DNA of 55,668 nucleotides, the filler included, from Sphacelaria rigidula (Eukaryota): NCBI GenBank assembly GCA_964200075.2. It is 4 parts of 4 records of this genome, joined end to end, with 100 filler letters (N's around TTAATTAATTAA, not from the genome) between each part and the next. Parts side by side here need not be neighbours in the genome. Positions count along the whole stretch, not along the records: positions 13,951 to 27,792 come from CAXNAA020002633.1; positions 27,893 to 41,731 come from CAXNAA020002634.1; 2 more parts are not named here. One strand, 5' to 3'. Numbering within the stretch: the stretch's first letter is position 1; each line of letters starts with the position of its first letter. Under the pieces are notes generated by a model. That model made no database searches. It was not told where the DNA came from and saw nothing but the letters and a program-made list of their open reading frames with translations. Positions 25,230-39,100 of the stretch are shown here, one piece after another. The translations under genes were made by a program, and so were the position numbers.

Positions 25230-27504
25230 GGAGGAGGAGGAGAAGGGTGGGTGAGGATGACGTTTCTCGCGTGCTGGGGGAGGGAGTAGGTCGAATGTCG
25301 ATGTTATTTGTGCCGGTCGGCCGTACCAGACTTGGAATCAGCCGTACACGTGATGTTGCCTTGAGCCAACGTGTCGGACGCTCTTTTCTAGCGAAGAGCG
25401 TAATTTGATATGTAGAAGAAACCATTCGAGGTTTCTGAAGTAATTAGCTAAGCAATATTCACCCTTGATCGCTGTTGAGCACGATGCAAAGCAGGCACCA
25501 TGCCATCCCGTGTGTTGAAAGTACATGAGCATGTGACTTCGGGGGGGCGGGGGCCGGCCCCGTCATCCACTGTAGTTGCGAGTGCGTTGTGGAATTCCGC
25601 GTTGAATGTTTTGCCTTCGGGGATGCTGTCTACCCTTTGGCGGATGGTTTCATTGCGCCCTGATTGTTGTCATGTCGCCAGCTGAACGTGCCTGGACAGG
25701 GGTCAAACGGGGTATGAGTGAGCACAACGCGTGTTTGTACTGTCATTCCGTACAGTACTTGATGGAAATGGTGTTATTCGCCGCGTATATTCGCGGTATA
25801 CTGTATCGTTCGTTGTTTTTTTACGTATGTTATCTTAGTACCCTCCGGTGAGTGTTGCTGCTGATGGCACGCAGCACCGACTTAGCAGTCGACTTGGACT
25901 GGACGGGGGGGGGGGGCAATAGATCTGTGCAGTGTAAAATGTCGAATGATCACGTGGGAGCTCCCGTCTTGGTGACAAGCGTGTGTAGTCTTGACCCACG
26001 TTGAGTCAAGCCGGCTAACGTCCGGAGGTATCGATCTTGGGGAGATTTGGACTTGGCAAACAGGGCTGCTTTTTTTGGTCTTCCATGAACGAAAAGGCCA
26101 CTTGCTATGCTGTCTAATCACCCACCCTTGGGAGTAAATCGATTCTTCTGGGGGTTTTGCCTTCCCTTGTAAAATATTGCGCGAGGATGTTTCAACTGTC
26201 GATTTTTTTGTCTTGTTGAATGGCTTCTGTCGCGGCGGAGGGGGGAACGCGAGTTGAATTTGTGCTCAGGTCTTCGCCTTGCCTGTTGTGTAGTCGTTTT
26301 TATTCGTCTTCCATGAAGTGCCTGGAAGTGTGTTGTGTTTTGTGTTCGTAGTAAATGCTCATCTGAATTGCGGAGCATTATGCCTCCGAGTTGTACATAT
26401 TGGGAGCATCGCAAGTGTCGTTGTGCGGCGTTGAGATGAAGTGTTGGGTCAGTCGGCCGCCTGCCCTCCGGGTTACGAGCGGTTTGCATCGGTATACGTA
26501 GGGAAGAAATGATTCGCATAGTGACGAGTCTAGTTGAATGGTTTGAATATCATTATCAACCATGATTCCGCGTTCATGTGCTGATCACACTGCGATTCCA
26601 TTCGAGTCTCTTTTGATTTTTTGGCCGCTTCGGGGTCCGAGAAAGCCGGAACATAACTTTTCCTTTGCACGCTTCCGCGACGGTTTTCGCCCCTGTTTCC
26701 TGGCCAAGATGAGAGCTAGCCAGATTTCGTCGCCTCGAGTTGATTTTGTCTTCTGGTTAAGGGACGAGGGGATACCAGCACACTTTCACGTTTTCCGGTT
26801 GACGAGGTTATCAACAGTCACTGCGGCTAGCGGGAAACTCGAAGGTGCCCTGGAAGCGTCGGAGCGAGTATGGCAAAACATTGCGAGGTGTCAAGATCTT
26901 CATGACCCTCTTTTCAGGGGCGTAAAGCAGACCTAAGTGTCGAAGACGCAGTTTTCCAGACTATTTTTTCGGACCATAGGAAGCGGCCCTTACACGGCGG
27001 AGTGTTGTCCGTAGAGAGCATGAAGGGGTGTTTCGTCTTCCGTAGACTCTTGGGTCTTGAGGGTATCCACATGGTGATCACATACCCACATCCTTTGTTG
27101 GCCTTTACTGTTAGCTTGATTGGCCACACTTAGGTTTGGGTCGGGTTCCACGGGGATGGGTTGAAGTGCGACAATCAAAGCAGAACCTTTCGTTGTTTAG
27201 TTTATTCCATTATTTTACTTTATTTTTCTCTAGTTCTCAGTTCCTTTCCTTTTCGTTCCTGCTTGGCTTTTGTTTTGGCTTCTTTGGCTTTTTTGTCTAC
27301 TATAGGTAATTCCTTTTGATGTTTTTTTTTCATGTATATATACTATTTTCGTCTATCGTTACACTCTTGAATTTCCACAGCGATCGTTTCCTTTTTGTTC
27401 ACCTAGGGTACGTCCACCTGGTGACCACGACTGGGTCGGGTCCCGTGGTCATGAGTTGAGGTGCTTTGATAACAAATGAACCTGGAAAAATACTTACTGG
27501 GCAA

Positions 27505-27792
27505 TGTGTGTGTTGCGTGTGTTGTCGTCCCATTTATTCTGGGCGTCAGTCTACAATCTTCAGTATATGTGGACGCATCAGCCAGGGTCACACAGGAGGA
27601 AGGTCAACACTGGAGTTTTTTCTTTTTATTTCTTTTTAATACCCCCATCTTCTTTCTGCGGTTCTTGCCTTTCTTTCTTATCGCGAGAGGGGTCCAGCAG
27701 TCCCTTTCCCTCGTCAACCGTTAAGTCGAACCTTTTTGTACCAACGACATAGTCGCTCTCCACTGTTGAGCATGGTGTGAGAAAAGATTCCA
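27505..27792 (+). mobile_element. Second, diverged fragment of the LINE 5' region seen at ~997-1270
   Basis: Reverse complement aligns with ~997-1270 (cagccagggtcacacaggaggaaggtcaacac, tatcgcgag..g...cagca.tccctttccct.gtc, acgacatagtcgct.tccactgttg). Truncated by the contig end. Confidence 0.75.
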
Positions 27793-27892
27793 NNNNNNNN
27801 NNNNNNNNNNNNNNNNNNNNNNNNNNNNNNNNNNNNTTAATTAATTAANNNNNNNNNNNNNNNNNNNNNNNNNNNNNNNNNNNNNNNNNNNN
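27793..27892. other. Artificial contig-joining spacer N44-TTAATTAATTAA-N44
   Basis: Same 100-nt linker. Confidence 0.97.
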
Positions 27893-28149
27893 GAAGATTT
27901 TAATCCTCCGGGTTCTCATCCTCAATCAAAAGCACCATCCTCAACATAGATGATTGGCTGTTACAGGCTGGTTCAGGCTTATCACCCAAAAAGCACTCAT
28001 CGGCAGAACCTCACGCCGTTTGAAGGACTTGTACACGGAAATTCTGCGCATATATATGTTCTATGAGGTATTATTACGCATCTATCTTTCGAAGGTCGAG
28101 GTTTTCCGATTTTTGTACCTTCTCCACCGTTGTTCGGGGTCGCAGTTTT

Positions 28150-28800
28150 TTCCGGGAAACATCGATCCAATCGGACCCCCGTAAAACGATGAAGAAAAAA
28201 AAAATGTTCATACAAAGTTGTGTAATGATCCATAGCACAGTTATGCAAAATTTCAGGGTCTCACTCCTTGAAACGGCGTGAGGTTTTTCGCTGATGTGCG
28301 ATGAACTTTGACGTGCCGCGGTGAAACCGCAAACTACTTGATTTTTGTACCAAAACGGCGTTTTTGGGCCTTCCTAGACGTGAAAATGAAAATTCAAGCA
28401 TCAGTTGATCGATTGTTGCGACAAACGTTTAGTGAGGCCTTTCCTTGGGTTATGCGGCGACAGCTCGTTCACGAAGAAATGAAGAAAAAATGTCGGAGTG
28501 CCGCTTTTCCGGGGTTCCAGAATGGAGACTACTTCGAAAGACGACTTATATCCCGTCGGACCCCCGAAAAACGTTGAAAAACTCAAGAAGTAAAAACACA
28601 TCGTCCATAGAAAGCTGCGTAATGACACATAGTAGCATGTTCATGGAAATTTTCAAGATCCAACTCCTAATGACGACGCGAAGGTTTGCTTGCGCGTTTG
28701 TGGAGGACGGGCTTGAAAAGTGCAACTTCTAACTACTTGGTTTTATTATGGAAACATCTTTTGGGGTGAAATTCACGTCAAGGCGAGAAAAACTGTGTGC
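28150..28800. repeat. Diverged direct repeat, ~385-bp period, 2 partial units
   Basis: tcggaccccc.g.aaaacg.tgaa...cata.aaag.tg.gtaatga..catag...aa.tttca.g.tc..actcct at ~28171 and ~28556. The motif aaatttcagggtccaactc recurs at ~23783. Confidence 0.6.
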
Positions 28801-31800
28801 GTTTTTCGAGTCATCCCCCAAACTTTGTACATGTGTTCCTTGGACTATCCCGGGACGCATCAGTTTATTATTTTTCTTTTAGGGCATTCTGTACCGCCTC
28901 CCGGGGGTCTTCATGCCGGGACCCCGGAAGCCGGTTGAGAACGGAGAAACCATGAAGTATTGTCAAGAATACAATTTTCCCATTTGGAGCATCAATACGT
29001 ACGGAGCTGCCAAGTTTGAGGGCAGCCTGAGCTTTTCTACAACAGATATAGGGGACACCGTCACGACGCTCCCCGGGTATTTTGTGCGCATTATTAGTAG
29101 TGGAAATTAGACGACACCGACACCCGACATCACCGAAACATCGTGGTTTCGGGGATAATTCGACCTCCGTAGTAACCGTTTTCATTTATGTTTTTCGTCA
29201 GATTCTGGAGCCGACGACGGTTACTACGATATGGGCTCGGAATTCGTGATTTCGATCTCGGAACAATTTGACGTGTGCTGATTGGTCGATATACCTTTTC
29301 GACCTCAATGTAGCGCCACCACTATGACCTTACACACAAATCCGGCTATATCACGCTCTTCAGCTGTCCATGGCGGTCAGGATGAAATAATCATGTATGC
29401 GACTTTTGGGGAGGTATCGCAAAAGGCATTCGCTGATGACACAATTTTGTGGGATAGGGGTGAACCAGCCCGTATCGTAGCATCATTTACAACAGACGAG
29501 AAAAATATTCGGTGAACGTCTGAAGCTACAGAATCAGATTTGCCGGGTGGTATGCAAGCATTTTTCGTGGTGTCTCGTTAGTTTTCAGCTCACTCCGCGT
29601 GCTACATCCTTTTCTCGAGTATGTTGTAGCAAGAGTTTCCGTTTTTGTCGTGTCAACCTTGGGTACATCCATCTGGCGGATAATGACGGCGGGATCATGA
29701 ATACCTTGCGTATCAGTTCATGCGCGACAATCGATCAACCAACTTGTCTCAACATGTCTCAATGAGAACTCGGCGCACCTATTGTGAATAACTCTGCTTT
29801 GATGCTCACCTTGGCCGTGTCATCCAGACCGTCGTCTTGTATGTTAGAACATTAGTATAATAGGAACACTGTAGCGAACCGTACATATCATACAGCCGTT
29901 ATATAATCCACTCAGTGCTGTGCATACAAACATCACGCTTGCACAGCAACCAGGGGCCCTGTACTCTACTCTACATATAATACAGTATTTAATTCAACCC
30001 ACGTAAGACTGCACAGGATAGACAGGGGACATAGCCACCCGCACTCTGAGGCCAAGACCAGGAATAAGATCCCCATAATTATGGTGGATATCACCCCCGA
30101 GGAAGGCTACTTCCCCATCACCTACCGCCCGACATGGCGGCAGTATATACATGATGGGTCCTTGCGCTTCCGCAAAGAACAACGATCATTCTCCATCCAC
30201 GTAAAACGTGGTAATAATGTGATGCAGTCCTGGTTTCAGTACCTGAATAAAGCAGAGCAGCACGCACTCACCGCACGGTATACACATACACACATGAGAA
30301 ACCGAAATGAACAGCACGCTCTCGACGACACGACAACACACGCACGCAACGGAATCAACCCGTTCACGACACGAACAAGCAACACACAACAACTACCTAC
30401 GAACACGTCATTATTGGACGGGTTAGCCCGTTCCTTCCGAAGCCCGCTCCGTATGCATATAGCTGGTGATCGCGAGCACACCTACGATACCACCATTGCA
30501 GCATAGTGAGCGCTGCCTGCGGCTGAAACCAACGACACAGCGAAAGATCCAACCTTGTGCTACATCTTACATGTTTTCCATCGAGTAACCGTGGGTTTTC
30601 TAGGGCACTAACAACCAAATGCATCCACTCAATCAATAACATTATGGACGATTCCCTTCCTCTCTTGCCTTCGATGGTGGTACCCGATTTCAAGTATATG
30701 AAGATAAAAACAGAAATAACACGCACACTTCTGTTTAAAAAAACGTATTTTTCGTGTGCGTGGCCCCTGCGGTGCAGTCACGGCGCGAATTGCCCCAAGA
30801 CCACTCGCAGCACACAGTACACATTTTGCTCAGTCAGCATCATCACCTTAAAAAGAAGAAATGATGAACGCGCGCCTCTTCCTACCACATCGGTCAAAGC
30901 TCGCCACCTTCTCCTCGTCATCCCTCATGCTTGTTCACAACATGTGCGAAACTGGTCGCCCACCACTGCTGCTTGAATTCTTCATTCGTCCAGTCAAACT
31001 TCACGTACTTTACACACGACGCCAACCAACCCTTCATGACCATACCCACGTGATCCCTCATCATATAGAGGGACAGTATGTTTTCACCACAGGCTCAGGT
31101 TTTACAGGTTTCTACTACACCTCGGGCGGAGGAGTGCTCGTCGTGCGAAACAGCGCCTAAGTAGCCCGGGGATGTTGTCTGCTCTGACAGGCTGGCGTCG
31201 AATAACTGTATCAGTGCGTTTCCGCTTTTGACCAGTTCACGCGATTGCCAAAACTACTCATGTTCTACAATAAATGAAAAGATGCACTCTGATAGTTGAG
31301 GATCTCCCACTGTGAGGAAGCCATGAACGACTGCCGTCTACCCTTGACCATTAAGGTGTGAAACTCAATGGCCGATGTACTCTGTTTTCCGAGTTTCGCC
31401 GACTGCCCCGTTGTCTTGGGGAACCCAGAAGCTGCTCACATGGACAAGTACCCACCGTTCGGAAGCGAGGAGAACAGCGTAAAATTGAAAAAAAAAAAAA
31501 TCCGGAATCTTAATGATTGATAAATGAATGAATCCCCAACGCGCACGTACAGTAGGCGATGATACTCTAAATGTTACACATCATTTCTTACGTCGACTTG
31601 GGGCCTGAAAAGATTACTCGAGCTCTGCGGAATATATTGCGTGTTCAGCCAAAGCCACAGACGCTCATCACAATCCGATCACGACCTCAAACCGAACGAC
31701 TCAGTTCACCCTCGCAGCTCTCCTGTTCTCGGCTATAGCACGTCATTTCGAGTTGCTCCCTTCACCCCTCCACCCCTTACCCTCTTTGCCACGAGGCGTA

Positions 31801-33181
31801 CAATAGACATTACTTGAATTGACAACACAACGATGACAAATAACAAATCTACCAACCGCGAACAACGACCGCAAAAATCGATCGTGGTGAGTTATATTCG
31901 GAAGTAGAAAACACCAACAGCGTTTGTGTTTATGAGCCCGATGAAGAATAGAAGGAAAAAAAAGGTGAACAAACTCGACCCGACATTAATTCCACCGCCT
32001 GGGGCTTCACACCCAAGACACCCAAGACGATATTGGGCCTGCCTGTAACATCGAGGAACACAAGATCTATGCATGGCCAAACGTAAAAAAGATCGTGTAT
32101 TTCTCCACAAATAAAAGAAAAAAAAAGCATGACAATACAGCCTACGCGGCGACAAACTTCATCAACTTGTAACAAAAAGATCACAACTTTGGGCCGCTCC
32201 TTTTTCCGAGAATCGATTTCTCTTGATTCTTTTTTTCCTTCAGATGCCTTTGTTGCGCAGCCCCCCTTCACCCCCCCCCCTCCCCCGCCCGAAAGGAAAA
32301 CTGCCCAAAAGAAGGGAAAAAACTAGAGCAAGATTCTCGCCATCGGACGCGGTCGTACGAACATCACCACGGATCCCCACTTTTGACAAAAATGTATTGT
32401 GACTCCCGTCACACAAACCGACAACGGTAATGCACGAATACTCGTACAATGTTCTCATTTTGAGATATAGTCTATTTTCTGCAACCGGTGTGCTTGTGTT
32501 ACACCGCATGATACAATGAAACGAGAACGTTTTTTTCGTTTGCGGCAGAGCAGCGAGACAAACGAAGACAGTCTTACCCCTGTCTCTCCCCGCCCATTTT
32601 GGGATAACACGGAAGAGGGCGTGTGGCGCCACGTGACAGTCCTACGGAAGACTCGCGAAGTGCCACCTTGCCCATCATGTGCTCTTTTGGCATCCCAACC
32701 CCGTACAATAAATACTCCGAGTCCTTTTCTGCACAATCCTACAATACTTGCACTTTAGAGTGCTAGAAAAAAACACGACATCTCGCGTTACTACTGCTCC
32801 TTTACCAGCAACATGGGGCAATTGCCCACTCGCCATTCCCCCTTTTCCCGGACCGAACCTCTACAGCACCGAAACCGAACTCAGCGCCAACTAACCACCG
32901 ACCACGTTCACGCCAATCGAACGGGTAAACGAATCGTCGTTGCACGCACCACGGCACGGCAAGAATCCACAGACAAGAAGAAGAGAGAGAGAAAATGTAC
33001 ACTTTTCTCGTGAAAGCAGACGCGGAAGAAACAGGCAGAACAGCATCAACACCCATCAAATCACCGGATGTATGTATAGCAAACCCTCTGGACACACTCC
33101 ACAACCAAGCCTCCTTTCGCCTGGAGACCCTTGCACCACATAAAACACACAACCTCGCTTTGTCCACACCATGCCTTCGTT

Positions 33182-33788
33182 TTACCGCCACTGGTCCGAG
33201 CGAGCACCATCCTTCTGAATTCCGGTCGGGCTACCACCGCCAACACGGCCGGCCGCGCCCTCAACGCGGTGACCACCGCCCCCGGCAGACTGCTGGTTGT
33301 TCTCTCGCGCTGCGTCGCCCCCACTACCAGCCGCCGCCGCTCCACCCGTTACCGAACCACTCAGCTCGCCACGCTCCCGCTGCTGCAGCGGTTGGTGACC
33401 ATCTTCGTGCTTGAGGCCAGCCTTCCGTCCGCCAGTAGTCTCCGTGACACCATGTGGGCGCGACGAACCTCCCCCCCCACCGCTTTCTCGTCTATCCAAG
33501 TTGCCGATGGAGCTGGTCTCGCTCGAAGCAGTACCCGCGGTGTTGTCAGCGACGCTGGCGGCGGCTGCGCCGCCACCTCCCGCATCTGACGCGGCGGCAC
33601 GGGAGAGAGCTTCCTGTTTCGGCGAGGTGCCTGCGTCGCGCCAACCGTATGAGGCAGCGCTGGCCATCGGGGGCGCCGCAGCGCCGCTCACGACCGCGTG
33701 GTGAGTCGGGTGAGTAGGGCTACCGTTCGATGTACCTGTGATGATGGGGTAGTTTTCGTAGAACGGTGTGCCGGGATCGGCGGCATAC
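33182..33788 (-). CDS. TALE gene probable terminal exon, Gly/Ala/Ser-rich
   Basis: gtttcag|G TAT GCC GCC... to TAA at 33184-33182, 607 nt. Confidence 0.82.
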
Positions 33789-36154
33789 CTGAAACGTGAA
33801 TTTTTGTTTTTCATGCAAGAAGAAAAGCGAGGCGACATGCACAAAAAGTGAGCAAATATGTTTTATATTCCGCTTTAGACCGCTGCGAATGGATGCAATG
33901 CCACGTGCTGGGACCTCATAGTTTCGAGCATTCAACATGAGCAGTCGAGTCAGCGAGGAGACAACAGTGATCTTGCGTGGTACCACGTGTTTCACCGTCT
34001 TCGCCATCGTCAGTATCATCACAAAAAGCCTAGTAACGGAACAGAAACAAGTCACCTTTGGTCGGGCGCCACAATATGTTCCTGCCGTCCACAGGGCTGA
34101 CGGCGCTGACGGTACGCAGAGGGGGCAGCGGAGCTCAGTCGAGGGGAACCAAAGTATGACGAGGACGCCTGCGCCCACATAGCCAAGCCTCCACTATTCG
34201 GAGCTGCCGAACCGGGCGGAGAGCCCGCGGCCCCCGCGGGTGTATGGCAGACCCCGGGAGCGTGACCGTGCACTGAGGGTTGCAGGTATGGCGGGTAGGA
34301 GTCGTGACTCCGATAGCCAGGCTTTGCCGGGTCGAATCCGTGCATCTGCTGACGGGGGCGGGGGCAGGTGCATGGTGGGATCAATATCCCAACTTCGGGT
34401 GACGGTCAAGGACGGCACAACCTACTTCAAAGACGGGCGGATGGGAGGTGGCTAGACGAGTGCTGTAACAACGGATACATATCAAAGTCGAACGATAGAC
34501 GCCTCGGACAAATATGGCAACAAGTGCAAGGCAACGCCAAGTCGTGTAGTGTATGTGTGTTCCTGGCAGAAGGAGCCTGGAATGCGAAACCCGCGTAGAG
34601 CATTTTACATTTCCACGAGACACACATTCACGAAAAAGACAAGAGGGGAGGAAAAAGAAAACGCTCAAACGATACATGACGGATTTTCACTTACCCCACC
34701 CTCCTCCGAGCACGGCGGGGGTCCGGAAGACATCCCGGGCATTTGAGGAGCTCTATGACTGCCGTCGTACGAAAAATCTTGAGAGCGTTGCTCCATTGCG
34801 GCGCGCTGCGACCATTCCGTCATCATGTGATGGTGGGCACTGTCCGAGAAATATACGCAACCGAGAGACGGAGCGAGCAATAGACAAGGCAACGCTTGTG
34901 AGTTGAGGGGGTCGATTACGGGTTTCAGCACCATCACTGGACATCGATGCTATGTTCGAGTCCCGGGTCGATGACCGCACAGTCAGAAATCCTACACTCC
35001 TTCTTGTTGAATTTGATCAACTCAACCTAGGCAGCGGGATGACCATCGCTTATTCTCGTCAATTTGTGGTCCATCCGGGGAGAGGAGTATGACATCGTAA
35101 GCGTAGCTCTAAAAGAGCGACGCTCACGCGCAAGCCTCCGTTAATGGAAGTTACGAGAAGCAAACAGGGTAGAGCAATGTCCAGTGTTTGCAGAGTGGTT
35201 GGCATTATCTGGTTGCAAGCGACTATGCGCCGAATGGTCGATGTGGGAAACTTCAAGACCCTTGGATAGGCGAGATTGGCGGTTCGATTCCAGAACGGTA
35301 CCGTTTTGTTCTAGACCTCGAGCGAAGGACGAAGACGGGAACTCTCCAAACAAAAGGTATACGCCCTCGTAAAATCCGACACTGACGCGCGAGTGGTGAT
35401 GCTAGCTGCAGCCAATCGACCGTGGCACTAATGCAGGCACAACGGCCATGTGATTTTAATCACAGCCTTCGGAAACGCGGGCTATCTATCATGAGCACCA
35501 AACTGCACTGTGAAGAAATAACCTCCTGTCCCACCAGTAGAGGTGCTTATGATTACACAGACGTTCGACGCCGTAGGCGGTATTTTTCTTGATAAATATT
35601 TGGTGTTTGTTTAGTTGGAACCCTCTCTTTTTTCTTTACATGCACCACCCTGCATGCATGAACGGCTAAAAAAAGCAGGTTGGCCCAAAAAAGGCTGTAT
35701 GTCGCCCACCTTCCAGGGGCGAAAAAGTGTCTCCAAGGACATTTTCCTGATCGTGAATGACACATTATTGTTGTTGATCTTCCGCAGTGCAGCAGAATTT
35801 ATTGGGGCAAGAAGTGACGGCCGCCCACTACGAGGGTTGTTTGAGAGGTCGAGCTCCCCGGTTTCGTTGCTCTGAGCCTTGCACTCAAGGCAATGTTTTT
35901 TTGGGTAGCTAGCGCCAACACCGTAACGCTCCGCAATGGGGACTAGAGCGCCCTTGGAGTCACCCTTGATTTGCCTAGTGAAATGGCCAACATTATCTCC
36001 ACCGCTATGGCGTGACGGCGGCCCAACGATGCTTCGGCGCCTCGTTCACGTTCTGGGGGGGGGGGGGGGGGGGGGGCGCCGCGTCTGGGGGTGGGCGGGT
36101 GGGGCGCAGCCCGAGGGCGAAANNNNNNNNNNGGTGGGGGGGTGGGCGGGGGGT

Positions 36155-36186
<32 letters not shown>

Positions 36187-39100
36187 CGGGGGTATCCATC
36201 GTGATTGTGGGATGTAGTGGGGCTCCAAACGTTGTAAATAACATCAATTCTCGAAAAAAATATCAAAACATTTTAAAAAAACTGCCAAATTTCTCACTTT
36301 TTGACCCCCTGATTCTTAGCAAGTCCGAGTCGGAGTTTTTTTCATGAGAATCACCGTATCAACAGCTTGTGAACAAACCCAGCTTTTGCATCGTAGGCAA
36401 CTAACTCCATTGGCGAGATATGATCTGCCCCCCACAAGAACCTTCACTTGTAAGACAGAGGAAGTACACTGTCGCAATAATAGTAAAAATAGGTATAGGT
36501 TGTTCAGCTGTTCCAACCATTAATTGTGAGGTAAAATAAAGGGTTTGAATAATTATGTCTGTTTTATGTATATTTTATTGTTATTTTTTTATATGTATCA
36601 TAGCAACTAACAATATACGTCCACATAAAAGGAACCATAAAGTAGAATCTGTCTATAAAATTTGTAACTTTTTTACTGAAGAATCAAAATCAATTAAAAA
36701 CCTAGAAAAACAACAATAACCCGGGCGTGACACTGAACAGCAATTTCCCTGTTATCATCGCTGAACCCTCTGGGCACCACCAGATGGACGCGTGGGTACA
36801 AGTCATTTTCCAAGTGAACACGATCCCGACTTGACAGATCGGACAGATGTCACTCACACACCTGGCGAAACGCACAGAGACCAGCATGGTCCATCCGCCT
36901 GTCTTACCTACAATCATCCATATTAGCAGCCTGTCTAGCGGCCTTAGATGCGTAAACGAGCCCAGGAGCGAGGCCACCAGGACCCGCCCCACCGGGAGCA
37001 ACGTCACAACCGGCAGCCCTCGAATGATCAAGCCACCCCCCACCACCCCCCTGCGCGTCCACATGCGGTGCGCCGCGTGGACCCCACCCTGGAGGGGTGC
37101 TCTGCATTACTGCACGGTGGCTACGCATGGGCCCGCCGACGCCGGCTGTGCCGGAAGGGCCCCTGCCCGTGTCGAATGGATCGGCTGTCATGTGGTTGTG
37201 CCGGGGTATGGCGCTGTAGGAGCGGTGCGGGTGGTGGTTACTGTGACTGTTGGCCAGGTGCATGTCATTCGGTGGCATTGGTGGGAGGTGGTGCATGCCG
37301 CCCATGGCATGTGGATGCGACGGCATCCCACTCAGGTTAGCGTGGTGGCGTAGATGTTGGTGGTGTTGTGGTAGTTGATGGGACTGCTGATTTCTGAGGG
37401 GAACCAGCGCCTCCTTGGGGTTCATCACACAAAACTGCGATGAGGATGAACGCGCACACGTGCATGGTCGGACAGGACGATACTTGAGGAGTGATTGACA
37501 GGAAAAAAACAGATTTCGGTGACCTTACTGCGGGTGGATTGAGATACAAGAACAGACGCGTGGTGGGTAAGCGTTCGTTGCGTCATGACTGCTGACTTCC
37601 GAAAAATTGCCAAGAATCAAGCCTCCGCAGTTCATGCTGCCAGCGCTTCGTGAGGAGCATGGCTTGCTATGTGAGGTCCTGGATCTACTGCAATAACACC
37701 TTTGGATACCGTTAGATCAGCATCGGAGAAAGAGTACGTGTCGGAACTATCACGAAACACAACAAGAGACGCGGCAGGAATTAAACCGTAGACCGTACAT
37801 TGTGTCCAAGGACTGTCAGAGCTATCGAAGACAGTCACCCACTTCTGGTAAAGACTCAAGTTCTCATGCTTTCCACTTCGGACACTAGTACAGTACCATA
37901 CACCGTCGATGTCGAGATAGGACTCATTGTTCTGTTCAAAGTGGGGGATGACCGACCAGCTAATCTCCGTGGTGCGGCGGTATATGAAAATATCGCTCCA
38001 TGACACGTTGTACCAGAGGACGTTTGGTTAAAACTTCAAATATCATTTGCTCAGTGTGACCCAACCGGGCACTGTGCTTATTCATGTAACAAGGGTAAGG
38101 TGAGGTCATGTTACCTCAAAGAAGTCCCTGGGAGACCTGGTGCGTTTCTTTATCACGGGAGTCCAGTGCCGCTTCCGCTTGTTTGTGAACCAGTTGGAAC
38201 TACAAAATGTACAAAAAATACAACATCAAAAAGTGGGCAACAAGAAAAAACGTGGCTGTTGTAAGAAAAATTTGTTCATGAGCCACGTCGAACGAATTGC
38301 GGGAGGGGAAACGGAGAACCAGCAAGAATGTAGGGGAAAACTTGACAAAAACACAGACGAAAAACAATCAACAGTCTTCTGTTCCGCTCAGCCTCCATAC
38401 TCCCCTAGATGATGACCAATATTGCGGGATTTGGGGTCTAGGGGCTGCCCATTGTGACCCCCATTTTGACCGGGGGAATTACAGCACGCACCGAGTATGA
38501 CCAGCCAGGAAAACCAATGATGTGTGCCTGAGAAACTACAGTACATGCTAAGTTCCTCACTTAGATGCACGATAGTGACCCACGACTCACATTTGGAGAG
38601 TGGTGAGGTTCGTGGCCTTGGCGAGCGCGTCCTTCTCTTTCGAGGCCGGGTATGGCCACCGCTTATGGGCTAAGAACCACTCTGTCAGGATACTCGTCGT
38701 CTCTTCATCATACCTGGCGTCAACAATTAAAACAAAACACACACATATTCGATAGAGGGAAACGAACCGACGAAAGTCAGTCGAGACGCCGAGAATTGAA
38801 ACGCGCCAACAATAATGCCAGCAAAGAATGAAGCTAAAGATATCTCGATGACTAGCCAAAGCAATGACACGCGCAAGATAGCTCGCAATACTGCACAAAT
38901 GAGGCCTTGATATCCCCTCCAGCGCCCACAGCAGGTAGGCGACTGTCATGCTTCACCACAATTCAGTTAAAACATGAAAACGAACGAGAATCATCAGATG
39001 CGGCGGTTGTACACAGTAGAGGCACAAATGCATACGTTATAAACGCAACATGCTTGGAACCGTAGCCCGGTGGCATTCCCACCTCCAATCTGCGCTGCCA

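Noticed and set aside
35936-36347. Poly-Pro/poly-Gly ORFs
   Set aside because: Translations of a poly-G tract spanning an N gap inside an intron.
38115-38713. Assigning the symbol ORO, SAM or KNOX
   Set aside because: Orthology cannot be verified without sequence comparison, and the N-terminal region is missing from the contig.
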